Positions 14,101 through 27,935 are shown, counted from the first letter of the stretch. The stretch: 64,000 nucleotides of DNA from Setoptus koraiensis (GCA_048013815.1 CM106586.1:7440001-7504000), one strand, 5' to 3'. Translations and numbers: made by a program. Notes: generated from the letters alone by a model not told the origin.

Positions 14101-17100
14101 AACACATTGCTATCTAGAAGTGGCTACCACATTTGATGAGCGTACAACTACAGAAGCGATTGCAATAGATAAATCATAAAAATCAAATTACTCACAGAGC
14201 GAAGTCAAATAGTGCAAACGAAAGTCGAATAACTTTATCTTGGCTGCGTTGCTGCAAGATTTTATCACCTACAACGGTGAAAATGGATACGCTAGCACAC
14301 GCTATATTTAATGAGTGTCTAGCGTATGCAAGAAATGCCACTCGTTAGCCAGATAAGTTCTTCAGAAAATTCGACTAGAAATTTATCAGGGCAGGAATTT
14401 ACTGATCGTCACATCAATCAAGCTAACGGTCACTAGTCGACACTTGTATGATTAATGAGAAAATAACAAAACGGTGATGAGAATAGTTGATTATTGTTAT
14501 TGTCTTGTTATTTTCTTTATTTAGCCATACAAGTGTCGTAAGAAAGCTAGAAATTTTCTGGTTTCTATGCTTAAATTTGTGGAAATTTTGATTGCCCACA
14601 AAGATCTAGGCCGATAATGGGCAATGTCAAAAAAGCGAAAAGGGTGCCCGCTCAACACACTGCCCTACCTTACTCCTGTTAAATATTCAGTACACATGCT
14701 TCACTGTGATAAACTACTAATGCCAATTTTCCCTAATACAGTGGACACACAAGTTTCAAATCAAAGAGTTTGGTTGTGCTGTTGAGGCAACATTTGCTGG
14801 ATTGAATACAGATAATCTGGAACAATGGATAATCTGGACAAGCTCATTGAGTGTGTGCAATCAGACACGTAACTGGTAGACTCAGCAGAACTATATTATA
14901 GACAGAACTAGGAAGCACAAGAGCATTCGGAGAATGGTATTAGCCACTACTGTTTAATTACAAGATATCAATCAAACTAATCTTGGTCGAAGCTTCTTCT
15001 CATCAATCATCATTTAGTCAAATGATATATTCTTTGATTTAATCTATGATCTTACAGTTAAAGAAGCGTGGGCAAAGTGGAAGATGGTTATAGCCAGGAC
15101 AATTATAAGAAGAAGAAGTCATTTTGATCCAATGTTCAAATAATTTAGGTAGGTCTGATATTTAAAGTTTATAGATTTCTTCCCCTCATCAGCACAATCT
15201 CACACTAGCCCCAATAGTCACTAGTATGTGAAAGGCAATGTATTGATGCGTCTGTCTCTGTCTATCTTTGTCTTTGTCTGGCCATATACTAACTGTGTGT
15301 ATGTTTATGTATATTCAAACATTCGCATAAATATTCTAAAAGGTAGAAGCTAACGTTTTACATCCATCATCTGTTATCGAACTCAATGATTACAACTAGG
15401 CACATTAATTAAACACTTATGGTTAGAATAAGGCACACTGTTGCTCCTAACTCATACTGCGCCAAATATTCGGCCAACAACTTTTTCAACAAATATAGCA
15501 TGAGAATAAATCAACAGGTATTGTGATAGTTGGGAGATAAGACAAGGTTGGTCGTTTCAACGTTATAGTAGTAAGGTTGAAGCACACACCAACTAACAGG
15601 GGCTCATACCTTGTGTAATAGTTAGGATCGGACAAGGCAGGATAGAAAATATATTAGAGTCAACAACAGCAAATGCGTGTGTCAATCAATTACGAATTAA
15701 TTAATTGATACAACAATATAGATAGTAAAACATTTATAGGCACAAACAAAGTTCTTTCAACCTTGCCGCCGTTGGACAAGTTCCAGTTAGACACTACCAG
15801 CACTGCTAGTGTCCAACTAGTGTGGCGTGGTTTTCTTTTTTTGCAATTCACAGTTGTGACTGTATATGAAAGGCCATTAGGTCTGATAGGAAGAAGATGA
15901 GCGTGATTAGTATCAGATTATTATTATTATTTGACTATTGGAACCATCTAATTAATCAAGCTGGTGTTGTTATTATCTATGGTAGTAGTGGTGTTGAGAA
16001 AAGAAACATTTCATAGTCGTTTAGATAGTTAGAGACAGTGTTTGAGACTGCGATCAGCAGTCAGCAATGGCTCAAAAGAACAACCAAAGAAAATGGTACA
16101 TCAAGTTAGATGGTATCTAGAGTGCAGTCAGCATACAGTATGGATATCCAGTCAGTCAGCCGGGCCGGCCGGCTTAGACAAATGAGTTAGGTAATGCGCG
16201 ACCCCGTTTAAAGAGAAGCAGATACAGATAGTAGATAAGAAGAAGAAGCTAATGTTGTGAATGCGAACCACCGACACATGATGATGATCAGAGACACGCA
16301 GAAAAAGAGAGACAGCCAGGTAGAGGAGGAGCAAAGAGGACGGAGGCTAATATTAGCGGAACAAGAAGCGCATAATTGAAATTCATCATCATCATTAGAA
16401 TCACCTAGCTAGCCATAGGTAATTACAATCAATAATCATGTGTGTTGTGCCACAATTGCTATCACTGCTGCCCAAATGTTAATCATCAAACTAAACTCTA
16501 CTATCAATTACTATTACAGAGCAGCCTAATCACAACAACAACAACACACACATACTAGTTGGTTGATACACCCTTACAAAGCACTGCCTATACCACGTTA
16601 GATGGACAAAGGTATAAAAGTATACACGCCCACTCGTTAAGGTTGTTGGACCATCGACACATCGACAGGTTCACACTTCATAAGGAAGCAGTAGCAGTGT
16701 TGAGAAGCGAGAATTCAATTTGATCAGAATCAATTCTTGCATTCTTCAAATTCATTTGATTCATTGTAATAATAATCTCATGCTCATTTGATGTTTGCCT
16801 CTATGGGCAGCGCAAGATATCCAGCGATATAGTCCGTACATACAAATTAAACCTCCACGAATAGTAGGAAGGCAATCAAATAACGCTACCAGACGGACCC
16901 CTCTGGCGTATCTATTAGCATTATTGTAGCAATTATCAGAAATTCTCATGGCACGAGTCTATTGAGAATTACGCTAGCGTGGATTGAATGACCGTCAGCA
17001 GTGTGCTAGCAGTCACATACACAGACATTCCTCTTGGCCTTTTGAATATTCAATTGATATCGTCCTTATCTATTTAAAAAGATATCTAAATAGTAGAGCT

Positions 17101-17127
17101 TCATTGACCACTCAACTTATCACGGGG

Positions 17128-17250
17128 CTCTCTCTCTCCCTCCCTTCAGCTGGCTCCCTCTCCCTCCCTCCCTCCCTTCAGCTGGCTCTCTCTCCCTCCC
17201 TTCAGCTCGCTCTCTCAGTCCCTCCCTTTAGCTCGCGCTCTCTCCCTCTC
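17128..17250 (+). repeat. Imperfect polypyrimidine tandem repeat, 4 units built on CTCCCTCCCTT(C/T)AGCT
   Basis: Units end in CCCTTCAGCTGG, CCCTTCAGCTGG, CCCTTCAGCTCG and CCCTTTAGCTCG. One inverted copy lies at 21410-21433. Confidence 0.85.
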
Positions 17251-18894
17251 TCGGCTTCCTGACGACCAGCGATATTGATCGTTGTCCTATAAAATTGTGC
17301 AATTTATACTCATCATATAGGCTATTTAGTGCGATTTGTCGGAGAGGTGAACCAGTATATGGATCAGGCACACAAATTTATGATTATAAGCGACTGTAAA
17401 CTAATAACACAGCTTTACTAATGATTATACAATGCTCTGAAGACTTGAACCGCAACCAATAATATAAACGAAAAGTCGAACTCATGGTATAATCAAAGAT
17501 GAACAACCAGGAGATGACCTACTCCTGAATAATGATCATTTGAGAGCAAGACCGGACTACTTCACTTGTCAGTTAGTTGGCGAAATATGCACAATCATTT
17601 ATATTGGGCAAAGCAACTAATGTCTGGTTTACTAATGATATTAGTCTTAGTTCAATAATGTCAGATTCTATTTATGACAATTAATCTTGATTGATTAAGA
17701 GTCCAAGACAAAAGCTATTTCAATGATATTCTATACAAATAAGAGAACCTATTCGAATCTAATTAGCTGCATAATGGTAGGTATATTAATTTCAACATTA
17801 TAACTATAAATACTAGCACAAGATTGCTATACAAATACAAAACTCGGATTATATTTTAGTAGGGCCAAATTTTTTAAGCTTCCATTGCTAAACAAAGAAG
17901 CAACCGACTTTCGAATTTCTGTCCAAGATTGACCAAAATAGACTGGTTTGCAAAGAATAAATCGACGTGTGCCGAGCACTAATGCGTGTTCTTTCTAATT
18001 TATTCTTTATAGTTTGCAAAATGTAATGTACGTGAAGCCAGCGTTCGCATGATGAAATACGTTCTTGTAGACGCTATAACAAGAGAGACTAAAGAATGGA
18101 CTATGAAAACCACACAATCTTGGTTTATGACGAGTTTTCCCTTACTGATATCTCAGAACCGACTGTAAATAAAACTCGAGTTTTGTCGTACTTGGTAAGT
18201 GGGTTCAATTTTGCCTTGTCTTGCGAAGTACCATTTACAGAGTATGTACATGGGATTCGCTGATATCACTTGCGAAGTTAATATTTGCTGATACCAGCAA
18301 AAACTACTCTTGCTTAGTTTCAGACTATTGTCCGATATATTATGGCAAATATTATGGCAAATATTATCAACGTCATTTGATTTGAGGTTAGCCACAATCA
18401 CTGTCTGGTCGTTTTCATGTGTTGAATCGATATCGAGCCCTCTTAAATTTGAACCATAACACCACGCAAATCATCGGTTATAGATGACCGGTGATAATCG
18501 TAAGCTAATTATAGCGATTAGAATATTGCGAAATTGTTTTTATCAAAAAAATCAGCAGGCATCGCTTGTGTTTCTAATCTGGATGAATAAATAAATCTGT
18601 TTGTATAACACACAACTTACTCAATCGTTCGAGTATCCCAGGTGTATTGCAAATTTTGCACTTGTTGACTTTTGCCATATAAAAGTTGTTTATTGTATGC
18701 ACATACACACACACCTATCACTAATTAAGCTAATGAAGGTATAAGTACCATCTACACACATACACTGTCTGAGGTTGTTTGGCGTCTATTGTGAAGAGAA
18801 AAGCAGCCGCAAGTAGGAAGAGACCAGATGATACTCATTAAGTTGATTATCAATTGTATATTGTGTGTTGATTTCAAGATTGATTATCATCCAA

Positions 18895-18998
18895 TCGAAT
18901 CCAATCGAATCTAATTCACTCCATTCCACTCCTCAATCGAATTCAACCTAATCCGATCCAATCAAATTAAACCGAGCCAAACCAAATCAAACCAAATC
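18895..18998 (+). repeat. Degenerate 5-nt-period repeat (CCAAT/CGAAT/CAAAC units)
   Basis: ccaatcgaatccaatcgaatctaatt...ccgatccaatcaaattaaaccgagccaaaccaaatcaaaccaaatc. Confidence 0.6.
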
Positions 18999-21900
18999 AT
19001 CTAGCAGTCGGTGAGTGCAGTTGATTAAAATAAATCCAATCATCTGTTGAATCGAATCGGATAAAATGAGAAGAGAGGAAGAAAGAAAAATTGCGAATGT
19101 GTTTTGTATGTGTGTATTATTAATTCCAATGATGATACTGCTCATTGCAGTAAATTAATGACTGCCTAATGATTGTTGTGTGATGCTTGATTTGACGTTT
19201 GTATCCCTTTATATCAAATCGGCGGCATGATTTCTTGATTGAAGCATGATTGACTTAATTGTGATGAACGCATGCTCACATCATTTATTATGCTTGCCAA
19301 CTTTCAATGTAACGACTGTCTTCAAGTCTTTGTCATTGCCGGCACGGATCGTTGGCACGGATTGTTGCGTAACAGTTGCATCAAGAATTATTAGAATAAC
19401 GATTAGCATTCGCTTCGATGATGACTATTATTGTTATCTGTAACAGGTGATTCCAGAATTAACACATCATGATAAATAGCGGCCACAGTATGCCTAAATA
19501 GACGATAGGTACCTGGTGGCCGTCGTTGGCAATGCTCGCTAAACGCGAAGCCCATTCTAGGCAATCGAGGATCCACATGCAAGCGATTTTGTATACGGAC
19601 CATTGTGTGTTTTCTTTGTTCGTCGTTTGATTAGCGTTGCCCCTGTGAAGTGGCGTGGAATTCGCGTAGTTTTCGTCGTTACTGTACCTCAAATTGTGCT
19701 ATGCCCACCTGTTCTCCTTCATTGGCGCAGGTATAGATGGCTCCACCTGTGCTTGGACAAATAAAATACATACCTGTTGTTTGGAAAAGTGTGCGCGCTT
19801 CTTTAGTTCGTTCGTTAATTAAGACTCCCGACTCGGGAGTATAATTACCAGCATCAAATGGCAACAAATTAGCCATTAAATGACGCCCACCGGTCGTCAA
19901 TCAGAAACTAGCGAACAAAAGCGAGATTGATAAGAAGAATTGACCAACAAGCTCTAGCTACCGTATATCATTATTTACGACCCATGGCTTCTACTGTCAA
20001 GTTTCATTGCAAACAGTTTTTGACCGAGACAATAACAGCCTTGCTCCATTATTTGACGTAATGCGGTCGGTTTCAAAGAAGTTTCAATTGTTTAGGTTGG
20101 CTCTAAAGTTGTTTAATTGTTTTCATTCGAATCTCTGCACTTATTGCCTCTTGATGACTTCTTCTAATTTCTACTTTGGCCGCATATTCGAAAACTCGAC
20201 TAGTGAAAAAATCCCTAAATCCAATTAGGCTAATTGATTGCCAATCATTTATCAAGTCTTGAGACTGCGTACTAAAGTAGCGAGAGGTGTGATCGACATT
20301 AAATTTATTCTCCATCAACAGCCAAACCGTGCGATTCTCAGCCTCGAGAATGGACTCAAGGCAGTCAATCGGAGACGGTAGCTGCTCTTCGATCCATCTC
20401 GGCACAGACAATTAGCGTTACTGCCAAATTAACAGCGATATCTGTGTAGTATTCAGATATTCTGTCACAGATGACTTTGCATAACTGTCACTTAACATGC
20501 GGTTTAGTTTGTGGAGATCCATTATATCAATTATGGCGAAAGAATTGTTGCGCCACGCGCGATCTCAGACAACGATAGCTCTATAATCATTGTTTGTGTG
20601 AAATCAAACAATGATCAGCAACATATACTGATTTTACTACCAATTCATGGTGTGGACTATTATACATAACCAACGGAATGTTAATAGAATAATTAATGGA
20701 TAGATAAAATGCGAGCACTCAGCAGAACTAAGCATGTGTCAAACTGATACAGTGTGATGATGGTCCAACAGAGGACAGAACACACAAATTCCAGCCGATG
20801 TGATTTCTTGTTCTAGTGCAGTGATTTTATAGAACTAAAATTAGATTTTTATGGAATCTACATTATTTATGTAAGAATTAGTAACATGCTACTAAATGTT
20901 TCAAAAGTACGCGCTTGTTGCCTAGAGTGTAATAGTAGAATATGTTAAATATGAGTGCTGGAGAGGCTTCATAATCAAAGAGCACGTCTGCAAAGTCAAT
21001 GGAAAATCCACTGTCTGTAAGTCTGAGGAGTTCTGCGATGATCCCTTTTGTCATGGTCATTGGTACATCAGACCAATAGTCTCGTGGCGCCAGCAACATT
21101 CGTTGTAGTTGAGATCATCTCACAGTGATACTGCGCACAACGATGCTGTGAAGGGCAGCAAGTTGACGATATTAACATACATACCAGACATAAAATAATA
21201 TTGTTGGCGCAGAGGATATGGTTGACAAACAATGAGTGACAACACTGTTTTGTAAAGTTTTCTTTAGGGCCCACTTATTTCGTCAGATAGAGTCAGTGTG
21301 CTTCATCTGTTTTTGGTTCTCGCCACACTGATGTCTGAAGCCAATTAGATATAGATTAATTATTATTTGCTTACTAATGATGATTGGTGGGTGAACGAGA
21401 GAGAGAGAGAGCTGAAGGGAGGGAGGGAGAGAGATAGCTGCCTCGTTCAAACAAGCAACAGCATGAACGATGGCAGTGTGAGCGATAACTTGTAGATATT
21501 ATCAGACTGATGATTATCTTAGGGGGGTCAGTCATGTCAACTTGATTGTTTAGCGCAAGCATGACGATCATGACTTGTTGTTGTTAATGCGACAATGTAC
21601 AATATGGGTGAAAATGTGCGCACGTTGATAATGAAGAGAGGGGGGGGGGGAGGTTTTCTAAATGATGATGGTGAAGAATTTCTTTTCTTTTTGGTGCCAT
21701 CTTATTATAACTCGATAGAGCGAGCTGTTCTGCTACACTACACGGGGTGTAGAAAAACATAATTTTGTTATGATAGTTGAGCACAGACGATAGTGTTGAA
21801 AGTGATGATGGTAGAGTTTTGTGAGCCTAAAGATCTGAAATAATTACGATAGCCATAATGTGGTAGCTGCAGTAGTGAAAATAATTTGAAGCAATTAGGC

Positions 21901-22647
21901 TACAATGATGAATTGTAGTAAATTGAGCATAGCTCACACACAAATAACACACAGACAAACAGACAGGCGCCCATAATTTGAGTTTTCCTCTCTTGTATGG
22001 CTAAAGCTGGCATATTATAAGAGACACAAATGATACAAATGCAAGTGCTGCTGACTGTACGCCGTTCCTATGGCAACAATGATGATGTGACATATTAAGC
22101 AGACAGGATGATTAATTGAGCGTGCTGATCGCCCACTATTAGCTTGATGATTGTAGATCTCCCAGGGAGATGGTATTGCAGTTGCGCGAGTTTTTGGAGG
22201 GCGTCGTGCTGAGTTGCGTGGCTGAGGTCGTTAGGTCGCGTTATGTGTGTGTGCATGTTATGGTTCGGATTGCTAGATAAACAACATTGTATATGTGAGA
22301 GGTTAATATTGGCAACAGTATCGCGGCCGTCGTATAATTAGTAATAGACAATATATCAATTTGCTTCGATTGTCACTTCTCTTGTGATGTTCATGCTACG
22401 AATGTTTCATCTCGTTTTGTCATATTACAACGCGATTGCAGCCGACGATTGCGCGATCATTGCCACCAATGATTGTCCAATGATTATTGTCCTTACATGT
22501 TGTCCGGTAATTATGATGTTGTCGACAAAATTTAATAACAATTTATCCGCGAGACTATTGTTGTTGACAGTGATAATAATAACAGTAATAAAATTCTGCG
22601 AATATTCCTGATATTTCTAGAGTGAATAGTTGCGAATGAGAGGGATA

Positions 22648-22692
22648 CAATTCGATTGTGGACACAATTCGATTGCGGATGCAATTCGATTG
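22648..22692 (+). repeat. 17-bp-period triple repeat of the near-palindrome CAATTCGATTG
   Basis: Copies start at 22648, 22665 and 22682, about 200 bp upstream of the putative Smaug core promoter. Confidence 0.85.
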
Positions 22693-22888
22693 TGAGGTCA
22701 AGGCACCGCACAACAAAGAAACTGAAAATCGAATCACGTAAGCGAGCGGCCGCTCGTGGCGCACAGAAGGTGCCCGTTGTTCGCGGCTGTGCGCAAAGAG
22801 TGCACTGCGTGCGGCGACAAATAGAGCGTGATTTACAACTGATTACAATTGTGCTAATTGGCACACTTTTGTCAATTCAATTTAAATC

Positions 22889-22933
22889 TATAAACTGTCG
22901 TTAGTGAGCCGCTTGTGTGCGTGCCCGGCTCAC
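22889..22933 (+). promoter_or_regulatory. TATAAA, Inr-like TTAGT and the shared 19-bp motif, upstream of Smaug
   Basis: TATAAA at 22889-22894, TTAGT at 22901-22905, 19-mer at 22903-22921. GTGAGCCG (22904-22911) and CGGCTCAC (22926-22933) form an 8-bp inverted repeat. Confidence 0.5.
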
Positions 22934-23434
22934 GCTGTTGGTGCAAAAATGTTATTGTTGCACGCAGAAACACGCAACAAGTAATCCATGTTTTTTGTGT
23001 GTGTCATCCTGTGTGTAAGTGAGCGCGACAAACAAACAGACAAACGGACAATTCAATAATTGAATCTCAATTCCAATTGGCACTGTGAAATTGTATTATA
23101 TTAGTTGAGATTATCCACGCCAACATTCGAGCATTGTTTAGAACATCGGCCTGGATGCCTTTGTTTGCTTGTATGTCCGTCACAATTCAATCATATATAA
23201 ACACCACAATCGTCACCCAATAGCCAGTAATCTTGTTCGCGTTCATCATCCGACAACATCATCATCATCTAGCCGGCCCACCATCTAGAACATCGTCGCT
23301 GTCACCAACGCCATATATTACCAATCACTATCAATTATCATATTACTATTATCACTAGTATCACCACCATTAAATGACACCTATTGTAAGTCGGCATCAT
23401 CTAGAACTACAATTACATTAATTCACACAACAAC

Positions 23435-24527
23435 ATGGACGACATTCAAAGATGGCTCAAGAGTTTACGTTTACACAAATACTTCAATTTGTTCGCCCAG
23501 CTATCGTACGAACAAATGCTCAACCTAGATGATGATTATCTGGTGGCTCAAGGAGTCACCAAGGGAGCTAGAAACAAGATGCTGGTCAGTATACAGAAGC
23601 TTAAAGCACGAAAAAGTATATTAACAACTATGATATATGATATTCAACACAATAGCATATCCATTAAGGAGGCTCTCAATATATTAAAAGACATGCTTGT
23701 CACTCCTATGAACCCCATACACACGTCCGGTACATCATGCTCGTCACTGCCCGATTTATATGTGTCGAGATTTGGTCTGGTGATAGACAAGCTACTAGAA
23801 AGTGCCACGGCTGACCGAGCATGTTACACTATAGCATGTTCTATCATTGACGACTGCCTTAGGCATGACGTAAGTAACACTCCCCATCAACGTTGTAGCT
23901 TAACATCACTATTCACCTGTTATGCTACTATTAGTAAACGCTCAATCGGCCATATCTGGCCGTCGTGGCCGTATCGATTATAATTAGACTTGTGGCTCTC
24001 ATAATGCCTAGTCAGTCTCATAAATTACGCTCAATCAATCACTTCATTTCCCCCTATTAATATCTCATAACAATTTATTCTGTTTGTTTTCCTAATAGAT
24101 TTTTACTCCCCAACAAAAGGATATAATCGACAACTATCGGCAAAGACTACGCAAAACATGTGGACGTTATATATTTCAGCAATCAAATACAAATCCTAAA
24201 GCAAAACGACAGCACCCGTACAATGTTACAACTTCTCAAAAGCAGCCTATTGCTCCAAGAAATAGACAATTACAAAACCACAATCCTCGCATCAATATGG
24301 AAAACTCTATTTACGAGTGCTCTAGATTTAGTCCACACCCACATCTAACTACTGTTTCAAACAACATTCACCAGGCCTCGAAAACAACATCCAATGGATC
24401 GCCAAGCCCGACGTCGTCATCTGACCTTTCATTTTCAACTTCATCCTCGTTGACCTCTTATGGAGAGTATTCCCTACTGGGACCCGGTGCAACTTTTGAG
24501 CTTGAATGTTTAAGAAAACACCGCTAA
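23435..24527 (+). CDS. smg: Smaug/SAMD4-family RNA-binding protein (SAM + PHAT), join(23435..23869,24099..24527), about 287 aa
   Basis: SAM domain MDDIQRWLKSLRLHKYFNLFAQLSYEQMLNL...LVAQGVTKGARNKMLVSIQKLKAR, followed by PHAT-like LKDMLVTPMNPI...IIDDCLRHD|IFTPQQKDII. Phase-0 intron 23870..24098 (GAC|GTAAGT ... TTTTCCTAATAG|); exon 2 is in frame with track ORF 24297..24527. Confidence 0.9.
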
Positions 24528-27512
24528 AAAAAATTATATATACTTTTGTCACCACAATAAATACAATTGTGTATCCTCGTCTACTCAAACAACTTGCAAT
24601 AACAATAATTGAGGCATACAGATTAAAGCTGTAATCAAATCCAGTTCATTTGTTTGACTCGTTTCTATAGAAAAGTAGACTCTTCTAACCATACCGCAGG
24701 CCTACCAATAGCAGAGCGTACATGACGTTGGAAGAATAGCAAAGTATCTAACGGTATAATGAAGAATGTCTGCCTTTTTTCACCGATTTACTATTGCTCA
24801 TTCTTATTGATGCTCGTATTGGTACCTGTTGAGCTAGTTGACAATAGCTATCAATAATATAATAACTATGAAACTCTTGTGTTTACTATCCAACGCTGAC
24901 AAGCTCTTTATTTGAACAGCATCAGTAGATTGTTGAGTCAATATATATAGATTTTAGTGATATATATTTACAAGCCTGCCACTGAATGGAACTAGGATAT
25001 CATTGCGTATATTGTTGTTGTTATTTCAATGAAAAGATTGAAGCATCTAGTAGCAATTGATTTGAAATACCACACAATTCACCTGTAACTGACAATAATA
25101 ATAGCAATATATGTCTACGGAGAATAGTAGTTTGCAGAGTGCGGAGTTTGGCATTTAGCAAAAGCAGAAGAACAACAAGTGGCTTGGTGACAGAGACAAA
25201 CAAACATAAATGGAAGGGGATGTAGTAGTTATATAAAAAAGAAAGATGCTCATTAATATAGAATCCAAACCGCAAACACATATGTCTAAAGTAGTTCAGT
25301 CTTGTAAGAGTTGATTAAAGTCTCGTGATTCATGGAGTCAGTGGTTTTGTTTGGGGCAACAGGTGGAACAGAGAAAAAAGGAATTGTTCCCATTGTAGAA
25401 TGATCAAGTCGCCCAAAAAGGCATTGTCCGATATAAGTTATATTGCCTGATAAGACAAGATAAGACAAGACAAGCTTACAGTGGTTAGAAAGAGCGACAG
25501 GTTGATAGAGCTGTTGTTGATTTTATCCTTCATTAGGTGGTCTAATGAGAACAAATATAAAAGCTCAATCACCGTTGGATTTTATATACGTCTGTCATAG
25601 AGTTTTTCTCTGGCTCTCAATGTGCGCCATTCTCTTGCTAAGCTCGCCTGTTCATTGTAAATTCTCTTATCAACTAAATGACGTTGCTAACTAACTAACT
25701 GATTAACTGCCATGAACAATGGCATTGACGTTGACAAAGATGGCGGACATGGACATTGGTTTGCTTAAGCAAATATTTTTGTTTATGTCGGTGTGCGTCA
25801 GTGTAAAAAGACAACAACAACAACAGCAACAATATCAGTAGAGTAGTAAACAGTATGCTTGTTGTCCGAGAAGATAAGTGTCTCACAATTTGGAGACACA
25901 CAGCAATTGGCGAATGACACAGTTGAGTCACAAATAAAGAAGCTCAATCATTGTTGCATAATGAGAGTTAGCATAAATGTGACTACTGTGTATGTGTGTG
26001 TGTGTGTGTGTTGAGCATTGTTGTTGTCCAACATCATGTTACATCATGTTGATTAAGGCATCCTGTCAACCGTTACATCCGTGATTGAGTCCACTGGTGA
26101 GTTGGTCACTGAGTTGTCACTGACAACATCAATAGATCGATGAATGGAAGCCATGAAAGTTTTGTTTGCAGTGAGGTTTGCAGTGAGCAGCAAGCCGAGT
26201 CAGTCAGTCAGCCAGTAGCTGGTTGTGTCGGTATATGTGCAAATTCAATATATACAATATGCTTATTCAAGATGGAGGACAACAAGTCCAACAAGCGAGT
26301 TGGAAAGTTGCATCTCGCTGCTCACAAGTCAGTTGGTTGATGTGTCTGTATGGAATTTGTCGACCGTACGACTGTATGTGGGGTTGGGGAGCAACATACT
26401 AATGAAAATAGGAGCAGAATAGGGCAAGCTTTAAATAATTTATGAATGTTTTCTTTGCAGACATATATGAGAAGTCATAGATGGACCGTTCATCTTTGCA
26501 ACGGTGCCAACATTAGCAGCAACCACTGTCGGCAATAACGACATCAACAATTCCAACAATAACAACGACGGCGGCGGCGACAACAACAACAGCAGCAACA
26601 ACGGAGATTGGATCATGTTCAATGCCGACATTGTTGTCTGCATTGTTGTGTCTCGGCGCCGATATCGAGGCGAACTGTGGCCGTACACTGCCGTGGCTGC
26701 TGTTGTCGCTGTTGTTGTCGCTGCAGCCGTTGCTGTTGGCGGCGGTGACAACGGCAACCAGCAGCAGCAGCAACAACAACAGCGACAGCAGCACCGCCAC
26801 CAACAACAGCACCACTACCACTGATACAACAACCGTTGCATCATCACTATACGGCGAGCCAATTGAGTGGCGGCGGTGGGTATCAATCGGAATGACCACA
26901 CACTTGACTTGTACACACGCTGTCTGGCGACACAGAGAGACAACAGAGGCGAGATCAAAGAGATCAATGAGAGATCACCTGAATACCTGAGACACACATA
27001 AGTTAGTGCAAGCCAGCCAGCCAGCCAGCCAGATACGGCCAGATAGATGGAAGCCAAATAAGCCAAACATGACATGCACTTGTTGCGCTCACAGCCAGCG
27101 GTATCACGACATTTGCTGCCGACATTTGCGACAATTCTCGACATGTTTAGTGGTTCAAGTTAGCGAGCCATCAGAGCGCCAGTTTCATTTAGTTTGTACG
27201 CAGTAGTTTGTATAAAGTTTGGGCAACAGGAGAGGAAGAGAAGCGACCAGCAAGCAGCATTATATAACTATATGTCATTATATTTTGCCAATAGCCCAAT
27301 AGCCCAATAGCCAGCAGCAGTGCGGTTGTTGTGGCAACAGACAGCGGCGTATAATGTTTATGAGCGTGACAACTTAATATCAGATGTGTCAATTGTCCGC
27401 TATTAGACGCTCTCTCGTACTCTTTCACTACCACCAACTTTGTCATTGTCACTGCCACTGCTGGCCATAACTGTTCGCCATCATCGTCTTGTATCTCGTC
27501 CAGCGCTATCTA

Positions 27513-27665
27513 CGGCAACGGCAGCAGCCACCGCAACTACAACAGCAACAGCAACAGCAACAACGACAACAGCAGCAACGACAGCAACAGCAACAACGAC
27601 AGCAACAGCAACAACAACGACAACAGCAGCGCCGGCAGCACCACAACCGGCGACACCGACACCAC
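27513..27665 (+). repeat. (CAG/CAA/CGA)n trinucleotide low-complexity tract, probably non-coding
   Basis: Near-continuous CAGCAA/CAACGA triplets that generate several spurious overlapping ORFs. Confidence 0.8.
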
Positions 27666-27935
27666 CTGTTGCAGTTGCGGAGTGGTAGTATCAGAGGGAC
27701 GGAATCAGTATCAGCACTTAAACGCTTGTACAAGTTATTATCACTCACACAATTGATGCTGTTGTTGTCGTTGTTGCCGTTATTGTTGTTGTTGACAAAG
27801 AATTGATATAAAGCGGCCGAAGAAGAAGAAGAAGAAGAAGAAGAGGAAAAAAGACTATTTGATTGTGTCGCTTATAGAGACACACAAAAGGCAACTATTA
27901 GCGTTGCCATTGCACACACAATTCGAGCGTTCTTG

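Noticed and set aside
14288-14330. ATACGCTAG...CTAGCGTAT hairpin as a pre-miRNA
   Set aside because: Total length is about 43 nt, too short, and it matches no miRNA I know.
26225-26422. RLYVGLGSNI resembling the HPPK/FolK N-terminal motif (horizontal transfer)
   Set aside because: The frame stops 7 codons later and no other HPPK motifs follow; probably chance.
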